64,000 bases of DNA from Thermodesulfobacteriota bacterium. Its GTDB lineage: Bacteria > Desulfobacterota > Binatia > Bin18. Of this stretch, positions 30,510 through 40,814 are shown one piece after another. The notes below the pieces were generated by a model, which did no database searches, was not told the DNA's origin, and saw only the letters and a list, made by a program, of their open reading frames with translations. Numbering within the stretch: position 1 is the stretch's first letter; every line of letters begins with the position of its first letter. The stretch lies in the NCBI GenBank assembly GCA_964291405.2, contig OZ219926.1, positions 4,032,001 to 4,096,000 on the forward strand. The letters are read 5' to 3'. The translations under genes were made by a program, and so were the position numbers.

Positions 30510-33500
30510 CTATAAAGCGGCACTCTTGCTTGCCTTGTGGGCAGCGGTCTCTTGGTCCTGCTCGTCTTCCATCAATTTCACTCTTGGGGGAATCATATTA
30601 ATCCCCAGCCGCTCGCCTACATAGGTCACAAACAGATAGACCACGGGAATGACGAGCAGGGTGAAGGCGGTGGAAAAGGCCAGCCCGCCAACCACCGCGG
30701 CACCAATCGGGCGACGACTTTCCGCCCCTGCCCCGATGGCCAGGGCGAGTGGCAAGGCTCCAAAGATAGAGGTGGCGCTAGTCATCAAAATAGGGCGCAG
30801 GCGACTACGCCCGGCGGCCAGCACTGCGGCCAGCAGCTCGGTGCCACGGGCCCGCGACTGATTGGCAGAGTCCACCAGTAAGATCGAGTTTTTTGTCACC
30901 AGACCGATGAGCAAGATAATGCCAATCTGACTGTAGAGGTTCAGCGTATGGCCGGTCATAAAGAGCACGAATAAGGCCCCGAAGAGTGCCAGGGGTACGC
31001 TGCCGAGTATGGTCAGGGCATGAAAGAAGTTCTCAAACTGGGCCGATAAGACGAGATAGATGAAGACCAGCGCAATAAGAAAAACAATATAGATCTCGGC
31101 AGAGGACTCTACAAACTCGCGCGCGCTACCTCCCAGGGCGGTCGTAAAGCCGGCGGGCAGGACCTCACCCGCAATGCGCTGCACACCGGCCAGCATTTCG
31201 CCCAGGGTTGCCCCGGGAGCTAAGCTGCCCGTGATTGTGGCCGAGCGTTGGAGGTCATAGCGGTTGAGTCGGGCCGGAGCAATACTGGGCGCGGCGTGCA
31301 CCAGGCCGGACAACGGCACCATCGTCCCGGTCTGGCTGCGGACATAAATCTCTCCGATCTGGTCGGGCAGGCTCCGAAAGTGCGACGCCAGCGCGGTCAC
31401 CACATCGTACTGCTTGCCGCGCATAATGAATTCATCAATCTTGGCCTGCGACAGGAGGAGCTGTAAACTCTGGGCCACGGTGGAAACGGGCACCCCGAGG
31501 TCAGCGGCCCGGTCGCGGTCAAAGATGATGTCCAGTTGGGGGTTGTCGAGCCGTAGGTCGCTGTCCACATTAATCAGGCTGGGGAGCTGGCGCACCCGCT
31601 CCAGCATGGTGCTGACCGTCTGGGTAAATTCCTCCTGGGTCGCGGCGGCGTTCTTAAGGATGAATTCCAAATCATTAATGCTGCGCTGGTTGAGAGACGG
31701 GGGGTTGATCGGAAAGACTAGGGCTCCGGTCAGGGCGAAGAATTCAGGAAAGAGCTGGGCGACAATGGCCTGCTGTGCGACGCTGCGCTTTTCCCAATCG
31801 GTCAGGCGGGCGAAGACGATGCCGTCACTGGTATTGGGCGGCCCGCCAATAGACAGCCCGATGGCCTCGAAAAATGCCTCGACCTCCGGAATCTGTTGGA
31901 TGCGTTTTTCCACCCGATCCAGAGTCTGGGCGGTATAGGCCAGGGTCGAGCCCTGGGGCGCTTTAATTATTGTGATAATCCGCCCCCGGTCTTCGATTGG
32001 GACCAGGGTGGAGGGCAGGGATTGCAGCAGGAGCAGGCCGAAGCCGATGGTCGCCACAAGCAGCAGGCCCATGGCCGGGCGATGGTGGAGAGCCCAGCGG
32101 AGTGCACGCTCATAGCCGCGGTTCAGGCTGGCGAAGAAGGGTTCAAGGGCATAGTAGAAGCGTCCATGAACCGCCCGAACAGTCAGAAACTGAGAGCACA
32201 ACATGGGCACCAGGGTCAGGGCGACAAAGGTCGAGATGAGGACGCTGGCGGCCATGGTCAGGGCAAATTCGCGAAAGAGACGGCCCAGGTTGCCGGTCAA
32301 CAGAGAGAGGGGAATAAGGACGGCAACCAGCGCAACGGTCGTGGCAATGACCGGAAAGCCGACTTCCTTTGCCCCACGGCGGACACTGACTTGGCGCGTT
32401 TCGCCCAACTCTTGCCGACGGTAGACGTTCTCCATCACCACAATGGAGTCGTCGACCAAGAGACCAATAGCCAGGACCAGGGCGAGCAGGGTGAGGACGT
32501 TGACCGAAAAGCCGAGGACAAGCATGACGGCAAAGGTGCCGACTAAAGAGACGGGAATGGCAATCGATGAGATAAGCGTCGTTACCGCGGAGCGGAGAAA
32601 GATCAGATTCACCATCACAACCAGGATAAAGACTATACCCAGGGTGAACCACACCTCTGCGAGAGAGGCTCGCACAAAGATCGTGCTATCGACCGCTACC
32701 CGGAGATCGACCCCGTCCGGCAGGGCCGCGCGGATAGCCGGCAGGCTGCGCCGCACGGCGTCCGAGACTTCGAGCTGGTTTGAGCGCGACTGGCGGACGA
32801 TGCCGGCGCCGACCGTCGAGCGGCCGTTAAGGCGGGTGAGCACATTATAATTCTCGGAGCCCAGTTCGGCCCAGCCAATATCCTTGAGGCGCACTCGGGT
32901 CTCGCCTTCCTCGCGGATGATGAGGTTTTCGTACACGCCCGGGTCGTCAATCTGGGCATCGGCCAGCACGGTAAATTTTCGGGTCGTGCCCTCGACCTCG
33001 CCCGCTGGAACCTGGAGATTGTTCTCAATAATGGTGCGGTGAATATCGGCCGGGTCCACGCCGTGCAGCGCCATTTTTGCGGGGTCGAGCCAAATGCGCA
33101 TGGCGTACTTCCGCCCGCCGAGGAACACCTCGGCCACACCCGGCAGAATCTGAAGCGGCGGCTTGACAATGCGGTCCGCAATATCGGTCAGATCTTCCGT
33201 CGAATATGCTTCGCTCTGCAAACCGATCCACATAATCGGGAAGGTATTGGCCCCGGACTTGGCAACAATCGGCCGTTCGGCTTCCTCTGGAATATCGTCA
33301 AACGCGCGTTGGATTGCATTGCTGACATCGGTGACTGCCAGATCGATATCACGGCCGGCAACAAACTCGACCGTAATCGAGCCGCGACTGAAACCGCTAA
33401 TCGACGTGATATTGCGAATACCCTCGACACCGTTGAGGGATTGTTCAAGCGGCTCGGTGATGGTGCTCTCGACCGTCGTCGGGCTGGCCCCAACATAGAC

Positions 33501-33647
33501 CGTGGTAATCGAGACAACCGGGTTGTCGACGTCGGGGTATTCTCGGACCGGTATATATAAAAAGGCGGCAATTCCAGCCAGGACAATGAGCAGGCTCATC
33601 ACCGTCGCCAGAACCGGACGGGTAATGCACAGGTCGGAAAGAATCAT
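30510..33647 (-). CDS. RND efflux transporter permease
   Basis: 1045 aa; GLLVDDSIVV, GLVTKNSILL, RLRPILMT. Confidence 0.95.
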   Translation of the reverse strand: MILSDLCITRPVLATVMSLLIVLAGIAAFLYIPVREYPDVDNPVVSITTVYVGASPTTVESTITEPLEQSLNGVEGIRNITSISGFSRGSITVEFVAGRDIDLAVTDVSNAIQRAFDDIPEEAERPIVAKSGANTFPIMWIGLQSEAYSTEDLTDIADRIVKPPLQILPGVAEVFLGGRKYAMRIWLDPAKMALHGVDPADIHRTIIENNLQVPAGEVEGTTRKFTVLADAQIDDPGVYENLIIREEGETRVRLKDIGWAELGSENYNVLTRLNGRSTVGAGIVRQSRSNQLEVSDAVRRSLPAIRAALPDGVDLRVAVDSTIFVRASLAEVWFTLGIVFILVVMVNLIFLRSAVTTLISSIAIPVSLVGTFAVMLVLGFSVNVLTLLALVLAIGLLVDDSIVVMENVYRRQELGETRQVSVRRGAKEVGFPVIATTVALVAVLIPLSLLTGNLGRLFREFALTMAASVLISTFVALTLVPMLCSQFLTVRAVHGRFYYALEPFFASLNRGYERALRWALHHRPAMGLLLVATIGFGLLLLQSLPSTLVPIEDRGRIITIIKAPQGSTLAYTAQTLDRVEKRIQQIPEVEAFFEAIGLSIGGPPNTSDGIVFARLTDWEKRSVAQQAIVAQLFPEFFALTGALVFPINPPSLNQRSINDLEFILKNAAATQEEFTQTVSTMLERVRQLPSLINVDSDLRLDNPQLDIIFDRDRAADLGVPVSTVAQSLQLLLSQAKIDEFIMRGKQYDVVTALASHFRSLPDQIGEIYVRSQTGTMVPLSGLVHAAPSIAPARLNRYDLQRSATITGSLAPGATLGEMLAGVQRIAGEVLPAGFTTALGGSAREFVESSAEIYIVFLIALVFIYLVLSAQFENFFHALTILGSVPLALFGALFVLFMTGHTLNLYSQIGIILLIGLVTKNSILLVDSANQSRARGTELLAAVLAAGRSRLRPILMTSATSIFGALPLALAIGAGAESRRPIGAAVVGGLAFSTAFTLLVIPVVYLFVTYVGERLGINMIPPRVKLMEDEQDQETAAHKASKSAAL

Positions 33648-33650
33648 GGA

Positions 33651-34796
33651 TTAAAAATCACACGTCGTCAGCAGTGCAGTGCTTGCCCCGAGTGCAAGGT
33701 TGGTATTCTCAACCGGCTCATACGGGGTCGGCTGTACTCTGTCTCCGGGTCGCAGTTTCTGGTGCCCAGCAACAATGATGGTATCTCCGGGCTTGAGCCC
33801 GCTGAGAACCTCAACCTGCTGCAGGGCAAATTGTCCGAGCTGTACGTGTTGGCTCGCGACCAGATTATCATCTTGAAGCGTATACACGAGCCGCTTCGTT
33901 CCCTGCCGAATAATGGCCTCCAGGGGAATGGAGATCGCATCTGAGAGCCTGGCAACTTCGAGGCGTAAGGCTACGGCCATACCGGGCAAAAGCGTTCTCT
34001 CTTCGTTCGGAACAACAGCCTGCACCGTAACCGACCGTGTGTCCGGATTGAGGAAGGGGTCTATCACGCTGACGGTTGCCGTGAACCGACTCGTGCACTG
34101 ACCCGCTACCCCGCGAATGCGCTGGCCGGTTGCGAGGTCCGGTACATAGTGCTGTGGCAGGCTGAAGACCAGGTGCAGGGGGTGAACCTGGGTGATCCGG
34201 ACCATGGCATCGCCGGGCTCCAGATAGGTGCCCAGACTGACCTGGCGCAGCCCCAGGCGGCCGGTGAAGGGCGCACGGATAGTCATTTTACGTAAAATCG
34301 TTGTCGCCTCGTCCAGCTCTCCCTTGGTCGTTCGGACCGCCGCCTGCGCGTTGTCCAACGCCTGCTGGGAGCGCGCCCTCGGCGGCAGCTTGGTGAGCCG
34401 TTCCAATGTCGCCTGGGCGTTCTGATATTGGGCCTGGGCCACGTCGACCGCCGCCTGCGCCTCCGCGGCATCGATATGCGCCAGGACGTGACCCTGCCGA
34501 ACCTCCTGCCCTTCTGGAATATCGAGGAAGACAATCTTGCCGCTCCGGTCGGCGGTTACCTGGGTGGTTTGCGGGCTCTCAAGCCCGCCAACCGCCGAAA
34601 TTGTGCGCGGCAGATGCTGGGCCTTGAGCGTCAGCGTCTGTACGAGGATCGGTGGCGGTACAGGACTGCGCGACGGCTCTGCGGTTTTTTGACAGGCCCC
34701 GAAAAGGAGGCAGCCGAACACTAGGAACACCGGAACGAGCGGATATCCAGACAGCGCGAGTCTGGTAGAGTGCGGATGAACGTAACGGGTATGCAT
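33651..34796 (-). CDS. RND efflux periplasmic adaptor (MFP)
   Basis: Lipobox-like FGAC; IRAPFTGRLG, LLPGM, GLKPGD. Confidence 0.9.
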   Translation of the reverse strand: MHTRYVHPHSTRLALSGYPLVPVFLVFGCLLFGACQKTAEPSRSPVPPPILVQTLTLKAQHLPRTISAVGGLESPQTTQVTADRSGKIVFLDIPEGQEVRQGHVLAHIDAAEAQAAVDVAQAQYQNAQATLERLTKLPPRARSQQALDNAQAAVRTTKGELDEATTILRKMTIRAPFTGRLGLRQVSLGTYLEPGDAMVRITQVHPLHLVFSLPQHYVPDLATGQRIRGVAGQCTSRFTATVSVIDPFLNPDTRSVTVQAVVPNEERTLLPGMAVALRLEVARLSDAISIPLEAIIRQGTKRLVYTLQDDNLVASQHVQLGQFALQQVEVLSGLKPGDTIIVAGHQKLRPGDRVQPTPYEPVENTNLALGASTALLTTCDF

Positions 34797-35208
34797 GAGT
34801 GATTGCCTGGAGAGACTATGCCGCGAGAGTGGAGGAGTGTGCTCGGTACGGCTGTAAAATGTCTACGCGCATAATCTCCTCAACCGTTTTTCAGCATGGC
34901 ATAAACACCGATGGGAGTCACTACGATCGAGCCATGACAGACAAACTTCTCTTGACGTGGGTTTGTAGGTGCGTCATGCAGAACGGGACCCGGCACTCGT
35001 CGGGGGTGGTCTGAGTCGGGGAACAGGAAGAGAGAGTATGAACACGCCATCAGTCCCCGGCGCTGGATTTCAACCATATTAAGTGTACCTGTTCCGGTAC
35101 GAAGAAGGTCAACCCGAATCACACTTTTCCCACAGGGCCGAACAAGATTTTTTCCTAAGCGTGTCGCACGCCTCAAAAAGCTCCGAGGGAAAGACTGAGA
35201 GGATATAT

Positions 35209-36180
35209 ATGAAAGCCATGCGTCTAGCCGAGTTTGGTAGCCCGGAAAACTTGCGTCTTGAAGAAGCGCCTGATCCTGAGCTGAGAAAAGGTCATGTGGT
35301 GATCCGGGTCAAAGCCACCGGGATCAATCCTGCCGATCTGGTCCGCATGTCCGGAAGGTATCCACAACCGCTTCCACTTCCATATATCCCAGGTACGGAT
35401 GTAGCGGGTGAGGTCGAAGCGATTGGTGCGGGAGTGAGCCACGTCCGGGTTGGAGAGCGTGTCTTTGGCCGTTCGCTGAATGGGGGTGGCTATGCGGAAA
35501 AAGCTTGCCTGCCAACGAATGAGATATTTCAACTACCGGAAAATCTCTCATTTGCTGAAGGGGCAGCGATCCCGGTCCCGTTCTACACCGCCTATGTCGC
35601 TCTTCATCACAAGGCTCAAATTCAGTCAGATGAGACCGTACTGATCTCGGCTGGGGGCGGTGGAGTAGGGGTAGCGGCCATACAGCTTGCCAAAGCGGCT
35701 GGGGCGCGACTGATTACCACGGTCGGTTCACAAGAGAAGGCTGAACGAACAAAAGAGTTAGGCGCGGATGTCGCGCTGAATTACAAAGAGCAAGACTTTG
35801 CGGCTGAGGTACAAAAGCTGACTGACGGCAAAGGCGTAGATGTCATTATCGAGAATGTTGCGGCGGACAATTTTGCCAAAGACTTTAGCGCGCTTGGCAG
35901 ACACGGCCGCATCGTACTCATCGGTACCGGAACCGGCAAAGCGCCTGAGTCAACATTTATGACTGGTGCGGCGCTGTTTAAAGAAGTCACGATCTACGGC
36001 ATGGCCCTGTCGAACTCGGTTGCCCTAATCCCCGATATTGCCAACGCCCTCATTCCATTGTTCGCAGACCAGAAGGTCAAAGCCATGGTGTATAAGAGCT
36101 ATCCATTAGTGGAAGCACAACAGGCGCTACTGGATCTCGTTGCAGGAAAAGTGTTCGGGAAGTTAGTGCTTGCGCCATGA
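35209..36180 (+). CDS. NADPH:quinone oxidoreductase (zeta-crystallin-like MDR)
   Basis: GINPAD, PGTDVAG, SAGGGGVG, GKLVL. Confidence 0.9.
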   Translation: MKAMRLAEFGSPENLRLEEAPDPELRKGHVVIRVKATGINPADLVRMSGRYPQPLPLPYIPGTDVAGEVEAIGAGVSHVRVGERVFGRSLNGGGYAEKACLPTNEIFQLPENLSFAEGAAIPVPFYTAYVALHHKAQIQSDETVLISAGGGGVGVAAIQLAKAAGARLITTVGSQEKAERTKELGADVALNYKEQDFAAEVQKLTDGKGVDVIIENVAADNFAKDFSALGRHGRIVLIGTGTGKAPESTFMTGAALFKEVTIYGMALSNSVALIPDIANALIPLFADQKVKAMVYKSYPLVEAQQALLDLVAGKVFGKLVLAP

Positions 36181-36220
36181 AGAGGGGCCATTGCTAACCA
36201 CCTCTACTCCTCTCGCTGCT

Positions 36221-37390
36221 CTAATGTTCGGTTTCCTGCGATCCTGTCATGTCGACAAAACGCCCGTGCCGGAAAGGATGGAGGGAGAGTGAAGGTTGTT
36301 TCTCGGTTGCGAGTTCACAAATGACCCGTCCAGTCATAGGACCCAAACAAAAGCCGTGCCCAGAAAAACCGGCAGCAATGATGAGCCCGTCGACTTCTGC
36401 GGTGCGTTCAATAACGGGGAGGCCATCCGGCGTGATATCGAGCAGCCCGCTCCATACCTGGTCAATCTTTGCCTGACCAAATGCCGGCAACACCTCAGTC
36501 GCACGGTCACTGATTGTCTCTATAACACGAGCGGCAAGCTGTTCTTCATTCGGCAACCCCTGCCAAGGCCCAACTCTCGCGTTCATCAGTAGTCGACCGC
36601 CTACCTCTTGACGGCCGGAAAAATCGGCGTTGGCCGTGCCAAGCACCTGTTGCAGGATGGGTCGTAACGGGGTCGTTTGCACAATCGACGCATGCGTGAT
36701 GGTCAGCGGCAGCTCGAGGCCGACCATTCTACACAGATGACCCGAATGCACACCGGCCGCAATCACTATAACGTCTGTCGCAACAGGACCTGCACTTGTC
36801 TGTACCCCGATGACCCGTCCACCCCCCACGTCGATTCCAGTGGCCGTTGTGTGGGTGAGGATGCTCGCTCCGTGCCGTTCAGCCGCAGCGGCAAAAGCCT
36901 GAACCGTAACAGCTGGATTCGCGTGACCATCGGTGGGGCAGTATGAAGCAGCCTGAACGGCTTCTGACAGCGCTGGGGCCACTTCTCGGACAGCAGCATT
37001 ATCTGGAAGAAACGTAAGATCAAGGCCTAATACGCGTTGCGCTTCTACCATGTGGGTAAGAGTTTCTACTTCCTCGGGGGTGCGGGCTAGGCGCAGATTT
37101 CCTTCTTGGCGATACTCTATGTCGGCTTCCAGTTCATCCGCCAGATTTTCCCAGCGACGGATCGCGGCCTGGGAGAAAGGTAATTCAGCCACGGCTCGGC
37201 CAGACTGTCGTACCCCGCCCAAGCTCAAACCCGAGGCCATGCTCGCCAGCGAACCTTGTTCAATGAGAGTCACAGACACGCCAGACCGGGCTAATTCATA
37301 GCACGCCGCTGCGCCACTAATACCTCCTCCAATGATGACGACATCCCGAACGTTTGCGGTCATATTGCTAAACCTTGCCCCATCTCTCAT
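36221..37390 (-). CDS. FAD-dependent oxidoreductase (DAO / sarcosine oxidase beta-like)
   Basis: IIGGGISG, DGHANP, TPDGLPVI, GFSGHGF; start may be 37363. Confidence 0.9.
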   Translation of the reverse strand: MRDGARFSNMTANVRDVVIIGGGISGAAACYELARSGVSVTLIEQGSLASMASGLSLGGVRQSGRAVAELPFSQAAIRRWENLADELEADIEYRQEGNLRLARTPEEVETLTHMVEAQRVLGLDLTFLPDNAAVREVAPALSEAVQAASYCPTDGHANPAVTVQAFAAAAERHGASILTHTTATGIDVGGGRVIGVQTSAGPVATDVIVIAAGVHSGHLCRMVGLELPLTITHASIVQTTPLRPILQQVLGTANADFSGRQEVGGRLLMNARVGPWQGLPNEEQLAARVIETISDRATEVLPAFGQAKIDQVWSGLLDITPDGLPVIERTAEVDGLIIAAGFSGHGFCLGPMTGRVICELATEKQPSLSLHPFRHGRFVDMTGSQETEH

Positions 37391-37500
37391 ACCATGCCCA
37401 ACTGAAGATTGAACGCAAGGTGGTCATGGACTAAGAAGGAGAGGAAAGAATAAGCAGGTGATAACGGCGTCAGACACTGTTGCACTCAGAAGAGAGCGGT

Positions 37501-38706
37501 ATGGGCAAAGTCGGCATGTATGGCGAGCGAGTGAAGATTACTCGCGGCCCCTTCGACCCTGGCGGACAACCCCAGGTAGACAGCCCGCATCCCCTCGTCC
37601 TCGGCTTGTTCGCTTGGAACCTCACTGGTGGCGCCACTATCTCTAAGGCGGTTCAGGCGGACCCTGCGCGCTATCGTGACTTCTGGCACTGGGATACCGC
37701 CCGCTATTTGGTCCAGTTCGCCGAGCGTATTGGGTTTGAGTTCCAAGTGCCATTCGGGCGCTGGCTCGGCCACGGTGGCCCGAGCCGCTTTAATGAAGAC
37801 CAGCTCGATTTTTTAACTACCGCGGCGGCCTTGGCGCCCCTCACGCAGCAGATCCTGCTCTTCTCCACGGCTCACGTCACGTATGGCTTTCACCCGCTCC
37901 ACTTTGCCAAGTTTGGGGCCACGATCGACTACTTATCGGGGGGGCGATGGGGGCTCAACATTGTGACAGGCTGGATCGAAGATGAGCAGGCGTTGTTCGG
38001 ACAGACGTTTCCTGACCATGATTTACGCTATGAGATGGCAGACGAATTCACGACGTTGATGAAGTGGGCCTGGGCGAGTGAGGAGCCCATTACGTATGAG
38101 GGAGAGTTTTACAAGTCGTACGGGGCGTATGTGAGCCCCAAGCCGGTGCGTAAGCCGCGCCCGTATCTTGTCAATGCGGGATCGTCACCGGCGGGTATCG
38201 AGTTTACCGCAAAGCACTGTGACTGGCTGTTCTCTTCCGGGAATTTAGACAAGATACGGGCGGCAGCGGATGCAGTACGGGAACGCGCACGCCACTACCA
38301 ACGCCAAGTAGACACACTCACCACTGCGTACGTCATTATCGAGGGGACCGATGCCAAAGCGAAGGAGGTACGCGACTGGGTGGCAGCCGAGATTGACGAA
38401 GAGGCCACGGATACGTTTATCGAGCGGGCAACGTCGCAGCCCCACTCGTTTGCGCCCGAGCGGCGACGAGAGCCCAACACCCGGATTCGGCAGCAGACGG
38501 GCGAGGAAGCGTATCGCGACGTTGCCCTGGGACTCACCGCCTATAATGTCTATGGCAGTCCAGAGACAGTCGCTGAGCAGCTGCGTGAGGTACACCAGAA
38601 GGGCGGACAGCGGGGAGTGATGCTGTCGTTTTTCGATCCTGTCAAAGGCTTACACATGTTCCATGATGAAGTGCTGCCGCTGCTGCGCCAGATGGGCCTG
38701 CGGTAG
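37501..38706 (+). CDS. LLM class flavin-dependent monooxygenase (RutA/SfnG-like), copy 1
   Basis: LGLFAWN, PFGRWLGHGG, GRWGLNIVTGW, NAGSSPAG. Confidence 0.9.
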   Translation: MGKVGMYGERVKITRGPFDPGGQPQVDSPHPLVLGLFAWNLTGGATISKAVQADPARYRDFWHWDTARYLVQFAERIGFEFQVPFGRWLGHGGPSRFNEDQLDFLTTAAALAPLTQQILLFSTAHVTYGFHPLHFAKFGATIDYLSGGRWGLNIVTGWIEDEQALFGQTFPDHDLRYEMADEFTTLMKWAWASEEPITYEGEFYKSYGAYVSPKPVRKPRPYLVNAGSSPAGIEFTAKHCDWLFSSGNLDKIRAAADAVRERARHYQRQVDTLTTAYVIIEGTDAKAKEVRDWVAAEIDEEATDTFIERATSQPHSFAPERRREPNTRIRQQTGEEAYRDVALGLTAYNVYGSPETVAEQLREVHQKGGQRGVMLSFFDPVKGLHMFHDEVLPLLRQMGLR

Positions 38707-38759
38707 TAGGCCTGCGGCAGAGATTGAGTTCTGGTCTTGGGTTCTTTGGAGACAGATCT

Positions 38760-40814
38760 ATGGCGTGGGCTGTCGGTGTTGACGTAGGCGGAACTTTTAC
38801 GGATTTCTACGTGTTCGATGACGGATCGAATGGTGCCTTCGTCCACAAAGTCCCTTCGACGCCAGCCAACCCTGCACAGGCCATCATCGGTGGTTTGCAC
38901 GCCTTGTGCGCCGAACGCGGTATCGACCTCGGGACGATCCAGCGCCTTGCCCACGGGACGACTGTGGCCACCAATGCGCTGCTCCAGCGTCGTGGCGCCA
39001 CTGTTGCCCTGATCACAACCCAAGGCTTCAGAGACCTGCTTGAGATCGGTCGCCAGACTCGACCGCATATGTTCAGCCTCCAGGAGGATCACCCGCTCCC
39101 CCTGGTGCCACGCGAGCGGCGCCTGGAGGTGAAAGAACGGGTTACGTCTAGCGGCGAGATCCTCCATACTCTGAGCAGAGAATCTTTGGAGGATATAGTG
39201 ACCCAGGTGCGGGCCTCGGGCGCACAAGCCTGCGCCGTGTGCCTGCTGTTCTCTTTTGTGAATCCGAGTCACGAACAAAATCTTGCTCAGGCGTTGGCGG
39301 CTATCCCAGGCCTCTATATTTCCCTGTCGTCGGAGGTACGGCCAGAGTTTCGTGAATACGAACGGCTATCGACTACGGTGCTGAACGCGTATCTACAGCC
39401 GATTATCACCCAGTATCTGCGTCATCTGGAGGCCGAACTCGCCCAGGACCTGCCTGCAGCAGTCCTCGGTATCAATCAATCTAACGGCGGTTTAATGTCG
39501 ATCGAGCGTGCGCGCCGTTTTCCGATTCGCACCACGCTGTCTGGGCCAGCCGCCGGAGCGATTGGCGCGACCCACTTAGCCAGACTATCCGGTCGTCCGG
39601 ATGTGATCACGCTCGACATGGGGGGCACCAGCGCCGATGTTGCGCTGATCCGTAACTATGAAGCCGGGGTCTGCTTCGACCGGGAGGTTGGCGGCTTTCC
39701 CGTCCGCCTGCCCATGGTTGACATCAATACGGTCGGTGCTGGAGGTGGCTCGATTGCCTGGTTTGATCGTGACGAGCTGCTCAAGGTCGGCCCCACGAGC
39801 GCGGGTGCCGTGCCCGGCCCGGCGTGTTATGCGGCTGGTGGGGACCAAGCGACCGTGACTGATGCAAATGTCATCCTCGGCCGGCTCGCGCCCGGTGGTC
39901 TGCTCGGCGGAACAATGCCCCTCGATATCGACGCGGCACGTGCCGTCTTCGCTCCCCTGGCGGCGCGACTCGGTTTTACCCTAGAGCGGACTGCATCCGG
40001 TGTTCTCGACATCGTGGTTTCGAATATGGTCCGGGCAATTGGCGCTATCTCGATCGAACGCGGCCATGACCCGCGCGCGTGCGCCCTTATGCCGTTCGGC
40101 GGTGCTGGGCCGTTGCATGCCAGTGCTGTTGCACGCAGCCTGGGTATCCGCGAGATTGTCGTTCCGGCTGCCCCAGGCATCTTGTGCGCTCAGGGTTTGG
40201 TGGTATCCGATCTGAAGGAAGACTTCGTGCGCACGGCGCAGACGCGGGTTGACGAAAACCATATCGGCCAGATTCGAGATCACATTGGTACTCTGATGCG
40301 GGCAGGCGAGGCGTGGTGCGAGGCGGAGAGGCTAGCGCCGGACCGCCGGACCCTCCAGGTGGCATTGGACATGCGCTATGTCAGACAGAATTTTGAATTG
40401 TCCGTCCCGCTGGACGCTGACCTGCTCGCCAAGCTGTGCGAGGTGGACGTAGCGGCCCGGCTGTGTCGCCTGTTCTCTGAGGCACACGAGCGACACTATG
40501 GTTACGATAACCCCACCGACCCAGTGGAAATTGTGAACTACCGCTTGACCGCCCAGGGCCGACTGCATACGCCTCCCAAAGCGACGGCCGCTACTGCCAT
40601 GCACACACCAGAGCCGCTGGACACGCGCCGGGTGTATTTCACTGCCGACGAAGCGATCACGACACGAGTTTTCAGCCGCAACGCCCTGGCGCCTGGCCAT
40701 GTTCTGACTGGCCCAGCCTTGGTTGACCAACTCGACGCTACGACCCTGATCTATCCTGGCGATACACTGCGCGTTGACACTGCACGCAACCTCATTATCG
40801 AGGTCGCGTTATGA
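38760..40814 (+). CDS. hydantoinase/oxoprolinase subunit A
   Basis: [36 protein letters not shown]. Confidence 0.93.
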   Translation: MAWAVGVDVGGTFTDFYVFDDGSNGAFVHKVPSTPANPAQAIIGGLHALCAERGIDLGTIQRLAHGTTVATNALLQRRGATVALITTQGFRDLLEIGRQTRPHMFSLQEDHPLPLVPRERRLEVKERVTSSGEILHTLSRESLEDIVTQVRASGAQACAVCLLFSFVNPSHEQNLAQALAAIPGLYISLSSEVRPEFREYERLSTTVLNAYLQPIITQYLRHLEAELAQDLPAAVLGINQSNGGLMSIERARRFPIRTTLSGPAAGAIGATHLARLSGRPDVITLDMGGTSADVALIRNYEAGVCFDREVGGFPVRLPMVDINTVGAGGGSIAWFDRDELLKVGPTSAGAVPGPACYAAGGDQATVTDANVILGRLAPGGLLGGTMPLDIDAARAVFAPLAARLGFTLERTASGVLDIVVSNMVRAIGAISIERGHDPRACALMPFGGAGPLHASAVARSLGIREIVVPAAPGILCAQGLVVSDLKEDFVRTAQTRVDENHIGQIRDHIGTLMRAGEAWCEAERLAPDRRTLQVALDMRYVRQNFELSVPLDADLLAKLCEVDVAARLCRLFSEAHERHYGYDNPTDPVEIVNYRLTAQGRLHTPPKATAATAMHTPEPLDTRRVYFTADEAITTRVFSRNALAPGHVLTGPALVDQLDATTLIYPGDTLRVDTARNLIIEVAL